59,788 nucleotides of DNA. Source: Holosporales bacterium. Its GTDB lineage: Bacteria > Pseudomonadota > Alphaproteobacteria > RUG11792. The notes under the pieces were generated by a model, which did no database searches, was not told the origin of the DNA, and saw nothing but the letters and a program-made list of their open reading frames with translations. The DNA is taken from contig JAISWU010000034.1 in assembly GCA_031270735.1 (NCBI GenBank), positions 1 through 59,788 of the forward strand, in the 5' to 3' direction. Shown one piece after another: positions 8,529 through 18,705 of this stretch (its first letter is position 1; each line of letters begins with the position of its first letter). The translations under genes were made by a program, and so were the position numbers.

Positions 8529-9353
8529 ATGATGAATGTGGCGCAGACTATGAGGAACCTAATGGGCAAATTGATGGTTGCGGTGTGTGGCTACGTCACG
8601 GCAAGTGCCACATGTACGACAGCGGCGGAAGATGATGAGCTGCAACTTAGATGGAACCCAAAGATAATGGTCGAGGGTACGTATCCGCTTACGAAGGATC
8701 AGTACGATAAACGGCGCAGCGAGCTTCAATCCTCCGAGACCGTGGTACGCCAAAGGCGGTATCTGGTATACCAGTTTCCGAACTCGATGGGAATCGAATA
8801 TTGGGTATCCAGTGATTGCAGTAGTGTGAGAGTGCCAATATATCTGTGCGGCATACCACGGTCATTGGCTATGTTTGGTGAGCTACCTGTAGACTGGCTA
8901 CAGCAAAACGTGCTTTGTTTAGAGAGGCCACCAGATGCTATAATAGAGCTGAACCTCCACGAGCAACGCAATACTTACGTCGATGGAGATGGTAACCTGA
9001 TCCAGGGGATACTCACTTCGGCGAGCACCGGGGATGGTGTATCAACGACGTTTTACAGCATCACATTTGAGTATTCTGGTAACGCACAAGATACTCCGAT
9101 AACGATGGGCAATGCTGCGAAAGCACTAGCAGATGCAATACAATGCTTCAGATTTAATACGACTGTGCAACATCGCTCCGTATTTGAGATGGCTCTGCGG
9201 AGTAGTGTAAGAAACCGAATATTGGCCGCAGAGCACTGCACCGAGCCGGTAGATCCAGTTATTCTGAAAGCCTTGCGACTAGATCTAGCTACTCTGAAGG
9301 CCTTGCCACCGGATGATGCGGATACATCAGACCTATCGGCACTGCCTGAATAA
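8529..9353 (+). CDS. Hypothetical exported protein
   Basis: The 274-aa ORF has a signal-peptide-like N-terminus (KLMVAVCGYVTASATCTTAAE). I recognised no domain. Its 3' end overlaps the lipB 3' end by 65 nt (convergent genes). Confidence 0.5.
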   Translation: MMNVAQTMRNLMGKLMVAVCGYVTASATCTTAAEDDELQLRWNPKIMVEGTYPLTKDQYDKRRSELQSSETVVRQRRYLVYQFPNSMGIEYWVSSDCSSVRVPIYLCGIPRSLAMFGELPVDWLQQNVLCLERPPDAIIELNLHEQRNTYVDGDGNLIQGILTSASTGDGVSTTFYSITFEYSGNAQDTPITMGNAAKALADAIQCFRFNTTVQHRSVFEMALRSSVRNRILAAEHCTEPVDPVILKALRLDLATLKALPPDDADTSDLSALPE

Positions 9354-9930
9354 ATGCGGCCTTGACATCGGCCATCGCAATGCTCCGGCCTGCCACTTCG
9401 CTAAGAGACGTGACAGAAAGCCCTGGGATTCCGCATGGAATGATACACTCAAACATTGCCAAATCATTCGACACATTAAGACAGAGCCCATGGCTGGACA
9501 CTCCTCCCCTGATCTGTACTCCAATGAAGCCTATTTTTGCATCGCCCACCCATGCCCCTATTCCTCTCTCAGATGTATGCGCATCTACCTGAAACATCTT
9601 CAAAATCTCTATCATCCAATCCTCCAAGGCCTTGACATAGTCCGAGATACTCATACCTCGTTTCGCGAGGTTAATGATAGGATATACGACGATTTGTCCC
9701 TCAGAGTGCACAGTCACCCTTCCTCCACGATTCGGATAGTACACAGGGTAGTGTGGCGTCTTCAGGAAGTCCTCTCCCATGAAACTTCTCCCAGACGAGT
9801 ACATAGCTTCATGTTCGGTCATAAACACGTACTCATCACCACCAGATACTACTCCCTCACGCGCGATCTGCATATCAAGCAGCGCTACAGAATATTGTGA
9901 CAGTCCATAATCTATGAATTTAAGTGCCAT
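9289..9930 (-). CDS. lipB: Octanoyltransferase (lipoyl(octanoyl) transferase)
   Basis: 'RGGRVTVHSEGQIVVYPI', 'GAWVGDAKIGFIGVQIRGGVSSHGLCLNV' and 'IIPCGI' are LipB motifs. Confidence 0.9.
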   Translation of the reverse strand: MALKFIDYGLSQYSVALLDMQIAREGVVSGGDEYVFMTEHEAMYSSGRSFMGEDFLKTPHYPVYYPNRGGRVTVHSEGQIVVYPIINLAKRGMSISDYVKALEDWMIEILKMFQVDAHTSERGIGAWVGDAKIGFIGVQIRGGVSSHGLCLNVSNDLAMFECIIPCGIPGLSVTSLSEVAGRSIAMADVKAAFIQAVPIGLMYPHHPVARPSE

Positions 9931-9931
9931 A

Positions 9932-11341
9932 TCAAAACATCCTGAGAACCAGATCCGGCCAGATCCCTAAGAGAAATATTACTGCTGCTAATGAGATCAT
10001 TACCGATTTTCGTGCGATTCCAATATCATGGCAGAAGGACTTACTATGCTGCGGTTGCACTACTCTCAATCCGAAGCACGTGTGGTAAACATAGATCGCA
10101 TAAACAGACGATATAAGGACACTCGCCACTACCGCTACCGCGTGAATCACCGACATATGCCAGGCTGCATACACCGAAATGACATCACATACGAAACCAC
10201 ATGAGAACGGTACCGATATCAATAATAAGAATGCAGCCATCATGATTCCTCTAGTACCTGGGGGGATAGCGCCCATGTTCTTGAGTTCGGAGATCAACCT
10301 GGTACCACACGATCTCTTCAACACATCCGCTGCGAAGAATAGCGCCGCCATAGTGATGCTATGATGGATAATTGCGAATATGAAATACCCCCTACCTAAG
10401 CCACTGAGTATGATCAGCAAGTACACATTCAAATGGATGATAGAGAAGTACGCAAACATGCGCTTGATGTCATCCTGGAACATGAGCTGCGCCAGTGCGC
10501 AGATGATGCTCACTATGGAAGCACACGACACGATAACACTGTTGGTCGTCAGCTCACTCAAAAAGAGAGGCTCGACAAAGCGCACTATTAGCAGTGAAGC
10601 AAACTTCAATGTGATAGCAGCGAGGATAACAGAGCACGTAGTGTGTGACTTAACGTGTACAACTGGCAACCAGTTATAAAACGGCCACACAGGCATCTTG
10701 ATTGCGATCCCTAGCGACAGCAACCAGAAGGCGGCGTGGCTCTTTACCCCTACCCCATATATCTCATATATGTCCGACGTGTGTGTCTCCAGGTATATCA
10801 TTATCAGGGCAACCAGTACCAGCAGCGCGCTCGCCATTGTGTATACTAGGAACCTAAGAACGGCATCGTGTGCTGGAGGCGTCCTGGTTGACATTATGAC
10901 ATATACCGGAATCGTAGCGGCCTCCATGAAGATGAATAATAGGAATATACCTGTCACGTAGAAGGCCAATATGGCGAACGTCTCGAAGAAGAAGAGCATA
11001 GCGAAACGCACCTTGACCATTGTGGTATCTGTGCTAAAGGCCCACATCCTGCTCAGCAAGCAGACGAGACAAATGACCGGGACAAATGCGGCAGCAAGTC
11101 CATCGACCGCTATCGTGAGACCCCACTGCGCAATTCCTAACGTATCGATCTTCTCGACGTACTTTCCCACCACAAAATCGAATGAGAACAACGTCGTAAG
11201 TGCCAGGCACAACGTGCAGCACGAGGTCAAAATGGACAAGTGTTTAATGTTTGCAACACGCTCATCGCTGATACACATCACGCAGAACCCACCTATCAGT
11301 GGGATAATCGCAGTGATGAATGCTATCGGTAAATCGACCAT
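9932..11341 (-). CDS. Divergent NuoM/ND4/MrpD-like proton-translocating membrane subunit (Proton_antipo_M family)
   Basis: The 469-aa polytopic protein has 'AIKMPVWPFYNWLPVVHVKSHTTCSVILAAITLKFASLLIVRF', which resembles the NuoM 'KxPxxxxHxWLPxAHxEAPTxGSVxLAxxLLKxG' core. No other nuo or mrp genes are nearby. Confidence 0.55.
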   Translation of the reverse strand: MVDLPIAFITAIIPLIGGFCVMCISDERVANIKHLSILTSCCTLCLALTTLFSFDFVVGKYVEKIDTLGIAQWGLTIAVDGLAAAFVPVICLVCLLSRMWAFSTDTTMVKVRFAMLFFFETFAILAFYVTGIFLLFIFMEAATIPVYVIMSTRTPPAHDAVLRFLVYTMASALLVLVALIMIYLETHTSDIYEIYGVGVKSHAAFWLLSLGIAIKMPVWPFYNWLPVVHVKSHTTCSVILAAITLKFASLLIVRFVEPLFLSELTTNSVIVSCASIVSIICALAQLMFQDDIKRMFAYFSIIHLNVYLLIILSGLGRGYFIFAIIHHSITMAALFFAADVLKRSCGTRLISELKNMGAIPPGTRGIMMAAFLLLISVPFSCGFVCDVISVYAAWHMSVIHAVAVVASVLISSVYAIYVYHTCFGLRVVQPQHSKSFCHDIGIARKSVMISLAAVIFLLGIWPDLVLRMF

Positions 11342-11447
11342 TCAGTGATGTTGCTCAGCTACTACCCTTGGTATCTTACTACACCCCCAACTAAATCATC
11401 CCAAATTATCAATTGGCAAGTCAGGAAGATACTTCACGCGTATGTAA

Positions 11448-12356
11448 CTACGCTGGCAAACTAGCGACCGATTCATAATTGATCCCGTCAATCCTATCTG
11501 TAGCAAAATTGTTGCTGATCTCCCTGACAAATAGATTGTTCAGGACGTGAGATGGATTCACGGCATTGATCTCCCCGACGATATCGTACCCGAGGACGCA
11601 CAGGTCCCCAATTAGATCAAGGCACTTATGCATTACAATCTCCTTCTCATGCCTGAGACCACTCTCATTCTTAATGGTCCCATCTTCTAGAATCACGATT
11701 GTATTATCTTCAGACGCACCGCGTGCGAGTCCACGAGCTCGTACCATGTCGTAATCACTCAGCCACCCGAATGTCCTAGCTCTTGCCACATCTGTCAGAT
11801 CATCATCCATACGGAACGAGTAGCTATTGTTAGTTCCTATTACTGAACGTAGTCTCTCATGCGCGAGCTCCACCGTAATCTTACATGTCTTACTCGGCCT
11901 CACCAAAATCTCACCACCTCGAGAACGTATCACTACCTCATCTGGAATCGTCAGAGCTGGTACCGTAGTCCGCTTATGCTTCAGACCAATCCGCAGGAAA
12001 CTGTCCACAAACACAGATGCTGACCCATCCATAACCGGCACTTCATCACCATCGAGCTCAACAACGGCATCCGTAATCTTACAGATCCTTAGTGCAGCAA
12101 GAAGGTGCTCCACCACGGCGACTGAGATGCCATGCTCGTTCACAACGCGAGTACACATGACAGGGTCTAAGACGAGCTCCGGCGCTAGTGCAATGAATTG
12201 CTTCCCAACAGGAACGTCGCACCTCTTAAAGAGTATGCCATCATCTGACTGAAGTGGACAAACCCGCATCACAACATCATTACCGCTATGAACTCCAACA
12301 CCACGAAATTCAACCGGAACTTCAAGGGTAGCTCTATGCCTCGCGTGCCTATACAT
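11448..12356 (-). CDS. lpxC: UDP-3-O-acyl-N-acetylglucosamine deacetylase
   Basis: 'FRGVGVHSGNDV', 'VEHLLAALRICKITDAVVELDGDEVPVMDGSASVFV' and 'RARTFGW' are LpxC motifs. Confidence 0.9.
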   Translation of the reverse strand: MYRHARHRATLEVPVEFRGVGVHSGNDVVMRVCPLQSDDGILFKRCDVPVGKQFIALAPELVLDPVMCTRVVNEHGISVAVVEHLLAALRICKITDAVVELDGDEVPVMDGSASVFVDSFLRIGLKHKRTTVPALTIPDEVVIRSRGGEILVRPSKTCKITVELAHERLRSVIGTNNSYSFRMDDDLTDVARARTFGWLSDYDMVRARGLARGASEDNTIVILEDGTIKNESGLRHEKEIVMHKCLDLIGDLCVLGYDIVGEINAVNPSHVLNNLFVREISNNFATDRIDGINYESVASLPA

Positions 12357-12439
12357 CTTTAAAACTGCCTACCATACACATACCTAAAATTATATAGCAG
12401 TTACATAACAACGATCCCATGCGTAATTGTTACAAATTA

Positions 12440-14437
12440 TTACAACTGCTTGATAGTTAGCAATGATCCTAATCCTTTTGCTTGCTGCTGCTCTTGTTCA
12501 TTTTCCTGACCGGTAGCCCCAGTTTCTGCTACGTGTTGATTACAACTGTTGTTGCTAACCTTCACGACATTGTCGATGAACCTCCTAGCAATCCTTGCAG
12601 GAATACGGCCACCGGTCGAGTTGAAGGCCATCCTCTGTGAGGCCAGGTCATTACCGATCCAGATACCAAGGGAGCACCCTGCTTTCTTGTTAGGAGGATC
12701 ATAGAAACCTATGAACCATGCATCAGAGTCACCATTAGTCCCTGTCTTAGCGTACACATGCTCATTTGCATTAGCAGCTCTGCCAGTCCCGTTTTGCACC
12801 ACATTCCTCAGTAGCTTACGACCAGCTCCCAAGACTTCATCGTCAATCACATGCGAGGTAATGCCATCAGATTTGCGGAACAATACCTCACCAGTCCTGG
12901 TCCGAATTTCCGTGACGCAGTATGCCCATATCGGCATCCCATCCATAAACGATGTGTATGCAGCCGTTAGATCCTTCAACGTCACAGGAGTCGTTCCAAG
13001 TGCGACACTCATATCATTCACAGAAACATCGAAGATCCCTAACTTACTGGCGAACTTCGAGACACTACGCAATCCGACTGACTGCGCTAATCTGATGCTA
13101 ACAGCATTCACGGAGAATGTAAAGCCGTCTAGCACAGAAACTTCTCCCCTCGATTGCCACTTATAATTTTTAGGATTCCACCCGGCGATGCTAACTGGCC
13201 TGTCTGATATCATATCAGTGAGCTGGTAGCCGTATTCCAACGCAGCGCCGTAGATAAATAACTTGAATGCGGAACCTGGTAACCTACTGGCTGCCGTGGC
13301 CCTATTAAACTGGGTAGCCGAGTATCCGTTCCCACCTATCATAGCCTGTATAGCACCATCACGTGCCATGCAGATAAATGCTGCCTGTGAGAAGTTATAG
13401 TTCTTGCCTTCGGTCTCTATATAGTACGATACAGCCTCCTCAGCAATTTCCTGTTTGCGTTCATCAAATGTCGTGATGACTACTATGTCATCCTCGATCT
13501 CTCCACCCAGAAGCTTCTTAGCTTGCTCATACACGAAATCGCAGAAGTACTGCTGATTGCGGATCTTTGATGTATCTCCAGACAATGCCTTCGTAGGCTG
13601 CTCCGTTTCGATCTCCTTCGCGCTCTTTATGAGTCCCTGTCCTTCCATCGCCTGTAGAACAACCATCGCCCTTTCGTGAGCATAGTTTGGGTGATTGCTG
13701 GGGTTGTATTTGGACGGCGCCTTTAGCAGACCAGCCAGTATTGCAGCCTCAAAGATTGATAACTGCTTCGCTGATTTATTGAAGTACTTCCTAGAGGCTG
13801 CGTCTATCCCATACGTGCCAGCTCCGAAGTACACCCTATTCAGGTACATCATCAAAATCTCTGACTTCGTAAATCTATGCTCGAGCCAGAATGCAAGAAG
13901 GAGTTCCCTGACCTTCCTAGAAATTGAGCGATCATGGTGCGTCACGGCCCCCTCGGTTATCAAAATGTTTTTGGCTAGCTGTTGCGTTATTGTCGATCCT
14001 CCCTGAACAACCCGATGCGCCACATAGTTCTGGTAAATTGCTCTGAAGAAGCCTACGAAGTCTATCCCAAAGTGCTGGAAGAATCTCTTATCCTCAACCG
14101 CCATAAAAGCCAGTGGTACGTGCTTCGGTAGCTCCTCCACCGTTACCACATCCTCATACAAATCTCCGTATGATCCGATAACTTTCCCATCATAGGTTTG
14201 AACGGAAACGGCCGGGATACGCACAGCCGTCTTAAGGTTTGTGAGATCTGGTAACGTGCCAGCAAAGTACATGAGCGTGACAGCAACGACGATGCACCCG
14301 CATATGGAGCAGTATAGCCCACAGCGGAATAACCTTCCCATGAATGAATGCCCGCGCTGCCTCCTCCTGCGTTTCCCGCTACTACTCGAATTTTTCCTTC
14401 TCAACGCAGGCAACTCACACGTGCGTAGCCGTTGCAA
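12440..14437 (-). CDS. Class A penicillin-binding protein (glycosyltransferase GT51 plus transpeptidase)
   Basis: The GT51 motifs 'AVEDKRFFQHFGID', 'GGSTITQQLAKN' and 'RKVRELLLAFWLE' are present. The transpeptidase motifs 'SAFK' and 'KTGT' are present. The N-terminus has a TM anchor. Confidence 0.9.
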   Translation of the reverse strand: MQRLRTCELPALRRKNSSSSGKRRRRQRGHSFMGRLFRCGLYCSICGCIVVAVTLMYFAGTLPDLTNLKTAVRIPAVSVQTYDGKVIGSYGDLYEDVVTVEELPKHVPLAFMAVEDKRFFQHFGIDFVGFFRAIYQNYVAHRVVQGGSTITQQLAKNILITEGAVTHHDRSISRKVRELLLAFWLEHRFTKSEILMMYLNRVYFGAGTYGIDAASRKYFNKSAKQLSIFEAAILAGLLKAPSKYNPSNHPNYAHERAMVVLQAMEGQGLIKSAKEIETEQPTKALSGDTSKIRNQQYFCDFVYEQAKKLLGGEIEDDIVVITTFDERKQEIAEEAVSYYIETEGKNYNFSQAAFICMARDGAIQAMIGGNGYSATQFNRATAASRLPGSAFKLFIYGAALEYGYQLTDMISDRPVSIAGWNPKNYKWQSRGEVSVLDGFTFSVNAVSIRLAQSVGLRSVSKFASKLGIFDVSVNDMSVALGTTPVTLKDLTAAYTSFMDGMPIWAYCVTEIRTRTGEVLFRKSDGITSHVIDDEVLGAGRKLLRNVVQNGTGRAANANEHVYAKTGTNGDSDAWFIGFYDPPNKKAGCSLGIWIGNDLASQRMAFNSTGGRIPARIARRFIDNVVKVSNNSCNQHVAETGATGQENEQEQQQAKGLGSLLTIKQL

Positions 14438-14662
14438 ATTCTACCAGCAATCTATCAATTATTGAACCTGCTTCCATGTATCATGTGCCAAACTTCACCA
14501 CTGCCAAATCTACATACTGTGGCATGTATGCAACACTTCTGTAAAATCATTCAAAAATACCATATGATCGCTGTGATTCTTCTTTGAGGGCAAGAATGAA
14601 GTTTGATAGACTGATCACATGTGTGGTTGGTCTTTTGTTTTTTTAGAAGGATGGATGGGATT

Positions 14663-15121
14663 ATGAACAGAAAAATTTTATTAGGCGCTATCGCGGGTGT
14701 TTCAGTGCTGCTGGCAGCCTGTAGCTGCGTCTGCCCGGTGGACGATGCGGCGAACATTGAAGCTGGAACAGCGGCTGACTTTGCAACGAACGTTCGAGAC
14801 AAGGTATACTTCAACTTCAACGAGGCGAAGCTATCACCTGATGCGGAGAAGATCGTCGAGCAACAGGCTGAGTGGCTCAAGAAGCACAGCGGTGTGGCCG
14901 TAACAATAGAAGGTCATGCTGACGTTAGGGGTACCGAGGACTACAACAAGGCTCTTGGACTGAGACGTGCCAATGCAGTGAAGGATCTTCTCGTGAAACT
15001 CGGCGTATCTGCTGATAGGATCACCGTTGTGTCCTACGGTAAGGAGAGACCGTTCAGTCAGGGTGCTACCGAGAAGGATCATGCCCTGAACCGTCGGACT
15101 GTCACTGTTGTAGCCGGCTAA
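14663..15121 (+). CDS. pal: Peptidoglycan-associated lipoprotein Pal (OmpA-C family)
   Basis: It has the lipobox 'LLAACS' and the OmpA-like motif 'EGHADVRGTEDYNKALGLRRANAVKDLL...VSYGKERP'. I chose the ATG at 14663; the longest ORF begins at 14621. Confidence 0.9.
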   Translation: MNRKILLGAIAGVSVLLAACSCVCPVDDAANIEAGTAADFATNVRDKVYFNFNEAKLSPDAEKIVEQQAEWLKKHSGVAVTIEGHADVRGTEDYNKALGLRRANAVKDLLVKLGVSADRITVVSYGKERPFSQGATEKDHALNRRTVTVVAG

Positions 15122-15147
15122 GTTTAGCGAAGGTCAACCACTGTATA

Positions 15148-15181
15148 CCTGAGGATGGTGTGCCCATCCTCGGGTTCTTTC
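15148..15181 (+). terminator. Rho-independent terminator after pal
   Basis: An 11-bp stem CCTGAGGATGG/CCATCCTCGGG has a 5-nt loop and is followed by TTCTTTC. Confidence 0.6.
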
Positions 15182-15226
15182 GTGGGATGTGGGTCTTTGC
15201 TTGTACGCAATCGTGAGTGATTAGCA

Positions 15227-15532
15227 GTGCGCGTTGGTTTTCCCGGCCAGTGGAGCCTGATGGGCTTGAGTTACTGGCTTGTATTTTCTGTAGTCTTGGG
15301 GTATTTCGTATATCATACAGTCGGGGGTGAAAATGGGTTGCTGCCGTATTTTCGTATGAAGGAGCTTGTTGTTGTCAAAACAGAGGAGCTTGAAAGCCTA
15401 CGGGATAAATGTGCTGTCCTCTCGAGAAATGTCGGATTGCTATCCAGCGGATCTTTGGATCTTGATCTTTTGGAAGAAAGATGCATGGTGGTCTTGAACT
15501 ATTGTTACCCGGGAGATGTCATTGTTCGTTGA
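15227..15532 (+). CDS. ftsB: Septum formation initiator, FtsB/DivIC-like
   Basis: About 100 aa, with one N-terminal TM helix (YWLVFSVVLGYFVY) followed by a coiled-coil segment and 'LDLDLLEE'. This is the FtsB family pattern. Confidence 0.55.
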   Translation: MRVGFPGQWSLMGLSYWLVFSVVLGYFVYHTVGGENGLLPYFRMKELVVVKTEELESLRDKCAVLSRNVGLLSSGSLDLDLLEERCMVVLNYCYPGDVIVR

Positions 15533-15586
15533 ATAGCTTTCATGCTACACTCTGCAGGGTGTCCTGTAGACCCAAAATGAGCAGCA

Positions 15587-16021
15587 ATGTCGAGATGTGG
15601 CAATCGCTTGGCGAGACGTGCTGCAGCACAGTTCATGTATCAGATCGATATGCTTGGGGAGAATGATTCGGGACAACTGGATAAGTTTATCGCTCACTAC
15701 GTTGATGAGGCCGAAGAGCTTGCGGAAATGAATGTTCCGTTTTTTAGGAATCTTGTTACGCACTTTGCTGAGCCGCTCGATGCTGCCGAGATCATTAGGT
15801 CAAACCTTACAGACGGAAAAGACATATCAAATGCCCCCGCCATCAATGTCAGCCTGATGAAGGCAGCCATCTTCGAAATGGTTTTTGAAAGTACCGATAT
15901 CCCGGTAATCATCAATGAGTACATCGAGATTGCCAAAGATTTCACAGATGCTAAATCCGTGAGGTTTATCAATGCTATATTAGATAAGATATCCAAGCAT
16001 ATCGAACGCAGGGCATCATGA
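15587..16021 (+). CDS. nusB: Transcription antitermination factor NusB
   Basis: 'RLARRAAAQFMYQ' at the N-terminus and 'FINAILDKI' at the C-terminus match NusB, as does the size (144 aa). Confidence 0.85.
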   Translation: MSRCGNRLARRAAAQFMYQIDMLGENDSGQLDKFIAHYVDEAEELAEMNVPFFRNLVTHFAEPLDAAEIIRSNLTDGKDISNAPAINVSLMKAAIFEMVFESTDIPVIINEYIEIAKDFTDAKSVRFINAILDKISKHIERRAS

Positions 16022-16476
16022 GAAGCACGGTTTTCTACGGAATTACATCCGAGTTTTGGCAGATCGCCTGTAAGGTAACGGAGAAGATGTATGACACTGG
16101 CGAGAGGATGCTATTTCTATGTGATAACGATGATAGTGTAAGTTTCTGCAGTTCGAAGCTATGGACATTCTCGAAGTTGGCATTCATACCAAGCGGTAGC
16201 AAACGTACTGTTTTAACGGATGATGCGAAGTTCTGTAATGTGTGGGTTTCGACTAGGGTAGAGTTCTGCAATGCCCCCACATGCCTCCTTCACAACGGCC
16301 TCGGCGTATCTCGCCTGGCCGACATCGACAAGTTTGATAAGGTGATAGATATTTTCGATATCGAGTTAATCGAAGCTGCCAAAGTGAGAGCCTCATTCTA
16401 CTCAGCAGCATCATTTGAAAATTCTAAGATATGGCTGCAGGAAGGCGGAAGCTGGAAACCCGGCAGCCTCTCATGA
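16018..16476 (+). CDS. holC: DNA polymerase III chi subunit
   Basis: 'VFYGI...ACKVTEKMYDTGERMLFLC...SSKLWTF...FIPSG' fits the chi-subunit pattern. Its start forms an ATGA overlap with the nusB stop. Confidence 0.65.
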   Translation: MRSTVFYGITSEFWQIACKVTEKMYDTGERMLFLCDNDDSVSFCSSKLWTFSKLAFIPSGSKRTVLTDDAKFCNVWVSTRVEFCNAPTCLLHNGLGVSRLADIDKFDKVIDIFDIELIEAAKVRASFYSAASFENSKIWLQEGGSWKPGSLS

Positions 16477-17492
16477 AGATCTTGGCAATCGAGACAAGCT
16501 GCGACGAAACCGCTGCAGCAGTGGTATGTGATGCAGTCGAGCCGGACAAGCGTATTATATCGAACGTCGTGAATTCTCAGGCAAAGCTGCATTCTCAGTA
16601 TGGTGGCGTAGTACCTGAGAACGCCGCGAGGATGCATGCCGAGACGATAGGGGCCGTTGTGAACGAGAGCCTCAGGTTCGCCGAGATTACTGTAGATGAC
16701 ATCGACGTAGTAGCCGTAACAGCTGGCCCCGGATTAATAGGCGGCCTTCTCGTTGGAACCGTCACTGCCAAAACTATCGCCCTTGCCAAGCGTAAGCCGA
16801 TAGTAGCAGTCAACCATCTCGAGGGACATTTGCTCACCGCTAGACTGTGCTACACCGTAGACTGCCCGTACCTATTACTACTTGCCTCCGGTGGACACTT
16901 CATGTTTGTCGAAGTGTTTGCAGTTGGGCATTACAAGGTCCTTGGGGAGACGCTCGATGATGCAGCCGGCGAGGCATTTGATAAGGTCGCGCGGATGCTA
17001 GGGCTTGCGTACCCAGGTGGTCCGGAAATCGAGAGGTGCGCGAGGAATGGAGATCAAACCAGATTCTCATATACCATGCCGCTGCTCCGTAACCCCGGGT
17101 GCGATGCCTCGTTTTCCGGCATCAAGACAGCTACGAAGATTCATATAGAATCCATTCCGAACATAACGGACTCTGACAAAAATGATATAGCCGCATCGTT
17201 CCAAAACATAGTGACAAGCTCTGCCGTGCGCCAGTTGAGCAAGGCGTGGCACCTGACATCATCTCGCCCGGCAAGAATCGTGCTTGCAGGAGGTGTTGCA
17301 GCAAACACAGAGCTACGCGAGAAGGTCGCACGCTTCGCTACACAGATGAAGTTGGAGACGTATTTCCCGCCGATAGCCCTGTGTTCAGATAACGCCGCCA
17401 TGATAGGGTGGTGTGCGATCGAGCGAATAAGCGCCGGATTTGAATACTCGAATCCAGATTTCAAAACACTACCAAGATGGCCACTTTCATAA
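16473..17492 (+). CDS. tsaD: tRNA N6-adenosine threonylcarbamoyltransferase TsaD (Gcp)
   Basis: 'MKILAIETSCDETAAAVV', 'VNHLEGHL', 'LLLASGGH' and 'DDAAGEAFDKVARMLGLAYPGGP' are TsaD motifs. The ATG at 16473 overlaps the holC stop. Confidence 0.95.
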   Translation: MKILAIETSCDETAAAVVCDAVEPDKRIISNVVNSQAKLHSQYGGVVPENAARMHAETIGAVVNESLRFAEITVDDIDVVAVTAGPGLIGGLLVGTVTAKTIALAKRKPIVAVNHLEGHLLTARLCYTVDCPYLLLLASGGHFMFVEVFAVGHYKVLGETLDDAAGEAFDKVARMLGLAYPGGPEIERCARNGDQTRFSYTMPLLRNPGCDASFSGIKTATKIHIESIPNITDSDKNDIAASFQNIVTSSAVRQLSKAWHLTSSRPARIVLAGGVAANTELREKVARFATQMKLETYFPPIALCSDNAAMIGWCAIERISAGFEYSNPDFKTLPRWPLS

Positions 17493-17635
17493 AATATCTC
17501 CAAAACATGCACATGAAAATTATATTAAGTACGCGCTGTATGAGCCATTAAATATCTCATCATTGACGGAGCATTATTATATTTCTCTTGCCCAGCTCAC
17601 GCGCATTCTGTTACCATTCCTGAGCGATGGTGTTC

Positions 17636-17709
17636 GGCCGAGTGGCAGAATGGTTATGCAGAGGACTGCAAATCCTTTTATATCGGTTCGATTCCGGTCT
17701 CGGCCTCCA
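17636..17709 (+). tRNA. tRNA-Cys (GCA)
   Basis: Hand-folded cloverleaf. The acceptor stem is GGCCGAG/CTCGGCC, the anticodon loop is CUGCAAA, the T-arm is ATCGG-TTCGATT-CCGGT, and the CCA end is encoded. Confidence 0.85.
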
Positions 17710-17745
17710 TTATTTACATAATGGCCTTGTGCTGGAGCTTAGCTT

Positions 17746-18705
17746 ATGCGGTTCGTTCTAGATTTCGAGAAGCAGGTTGTTGATCTTGAAAACAAGATTT
17801 GGGCGCTACGTGAATCTGCTAAGATTGGCGATATCGACGTCACTTCAGAGATCCTGAAGATGCAACGGAAGGTTGACAATATACTCACGCAGCTTTATAA
17901 AAGCCTAACGCCGTGGCAAAAAACTCAGGTAGCAAGACACCCTGAGCGCCCCAAATTTACTGATTACTTAAATCACATTTTTACGGATTTCGTGGAGCTA
18001 TCTGGTGACAGGTTGTTCGCTGATGATGAAGCTATCATCGGAGGACTTGCCAGGATCAACGATATCCCATGCGTCGTGATTGGCCAAGAAAAAGGGCATG
18101 ACACTGAATCACGATTGAAACATAATTTTGGAATGGCTCGGCCAGAAGGGTATCGGAAGGCACAGCGTCTGTTGGCGCTTGCCAACAGATTCGCACTCCC
18201 TGTCTTCACGTTCATCGATACACCTGGCGCCTGCCCAGATGCGGGCGCAGAGGAACGTGGGATAGCCACCGCGCTTGCTGAATGCATAGCGCTAAGCCTG
18301 CAGATTGATTCCATCTGCATCAGTACAATTATAGGAGAGGGTGGCTCTGGCGGAGCAATTGCCCTTGCCACTTCGGACTACGTATTAATGCTTGAGCATT
18401 CGATATATTCGGTGATTTCTCCCGAAGGATGCGCATCCATTTTATGGAAAGACGACACCAAAGCGGCTCTCACTTCTGAGTTTCAGAAATTGACGGCTCA
18501 GGACCTGCTATCGCTTAGGGCCATAGATTCTATTGTGAAAGAACCCGTCGGGGGCGCGCACCGGAATAAAACTAAAGCCTGTGAGGCAGTGAAGAACGAG
18601 CTCCTTACATTCCACAAAATGGCAATTCGCAACAAAGCTGCGTCACGTACAAAATCTCGTAGGCAGCGTTTTAAAGCAATCGGCGATGAGTTTATTTTGA
18701 AATGA
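17746..18705 (+). CDS. accA: Acetyl-CoA carboxylase carboxyltransferase subunit alpha
   Basis: 'ARHPERPKFTDY', 'FADDEAIIGGLARI', 'FIDTPGACPDAGAEERG' and 'IGEGGSGGALA'-type motifs match AccA. Confidence 0.95.
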   Translation: MRFVLDFEKQVVDLENKIWALRESAKIGDIDVTSEILKMQRKVDNILTQLYKSLTPWQKTQVARHPERPKFTDYLNHIFTDFVELSGDRLFADDEAIIGGLARINDIPCVVIGQEKGHDTESRLKHNFGMARPEGYRKAQRLLALANRFALPVFTFIDTPGACPDAGAEERGIATALAECIALSLQIDSICISTIIGEGGSGGAIALATSDYVLMLEHSIYSVISPEGCASILWKDDTKAALTSEFQKLTAQDLLSLRAIDSIVKEPVGGAHRNKTKACEAVKNELLTFHKMAIRNKAASRTKSRRQRFKAIGDEFILK

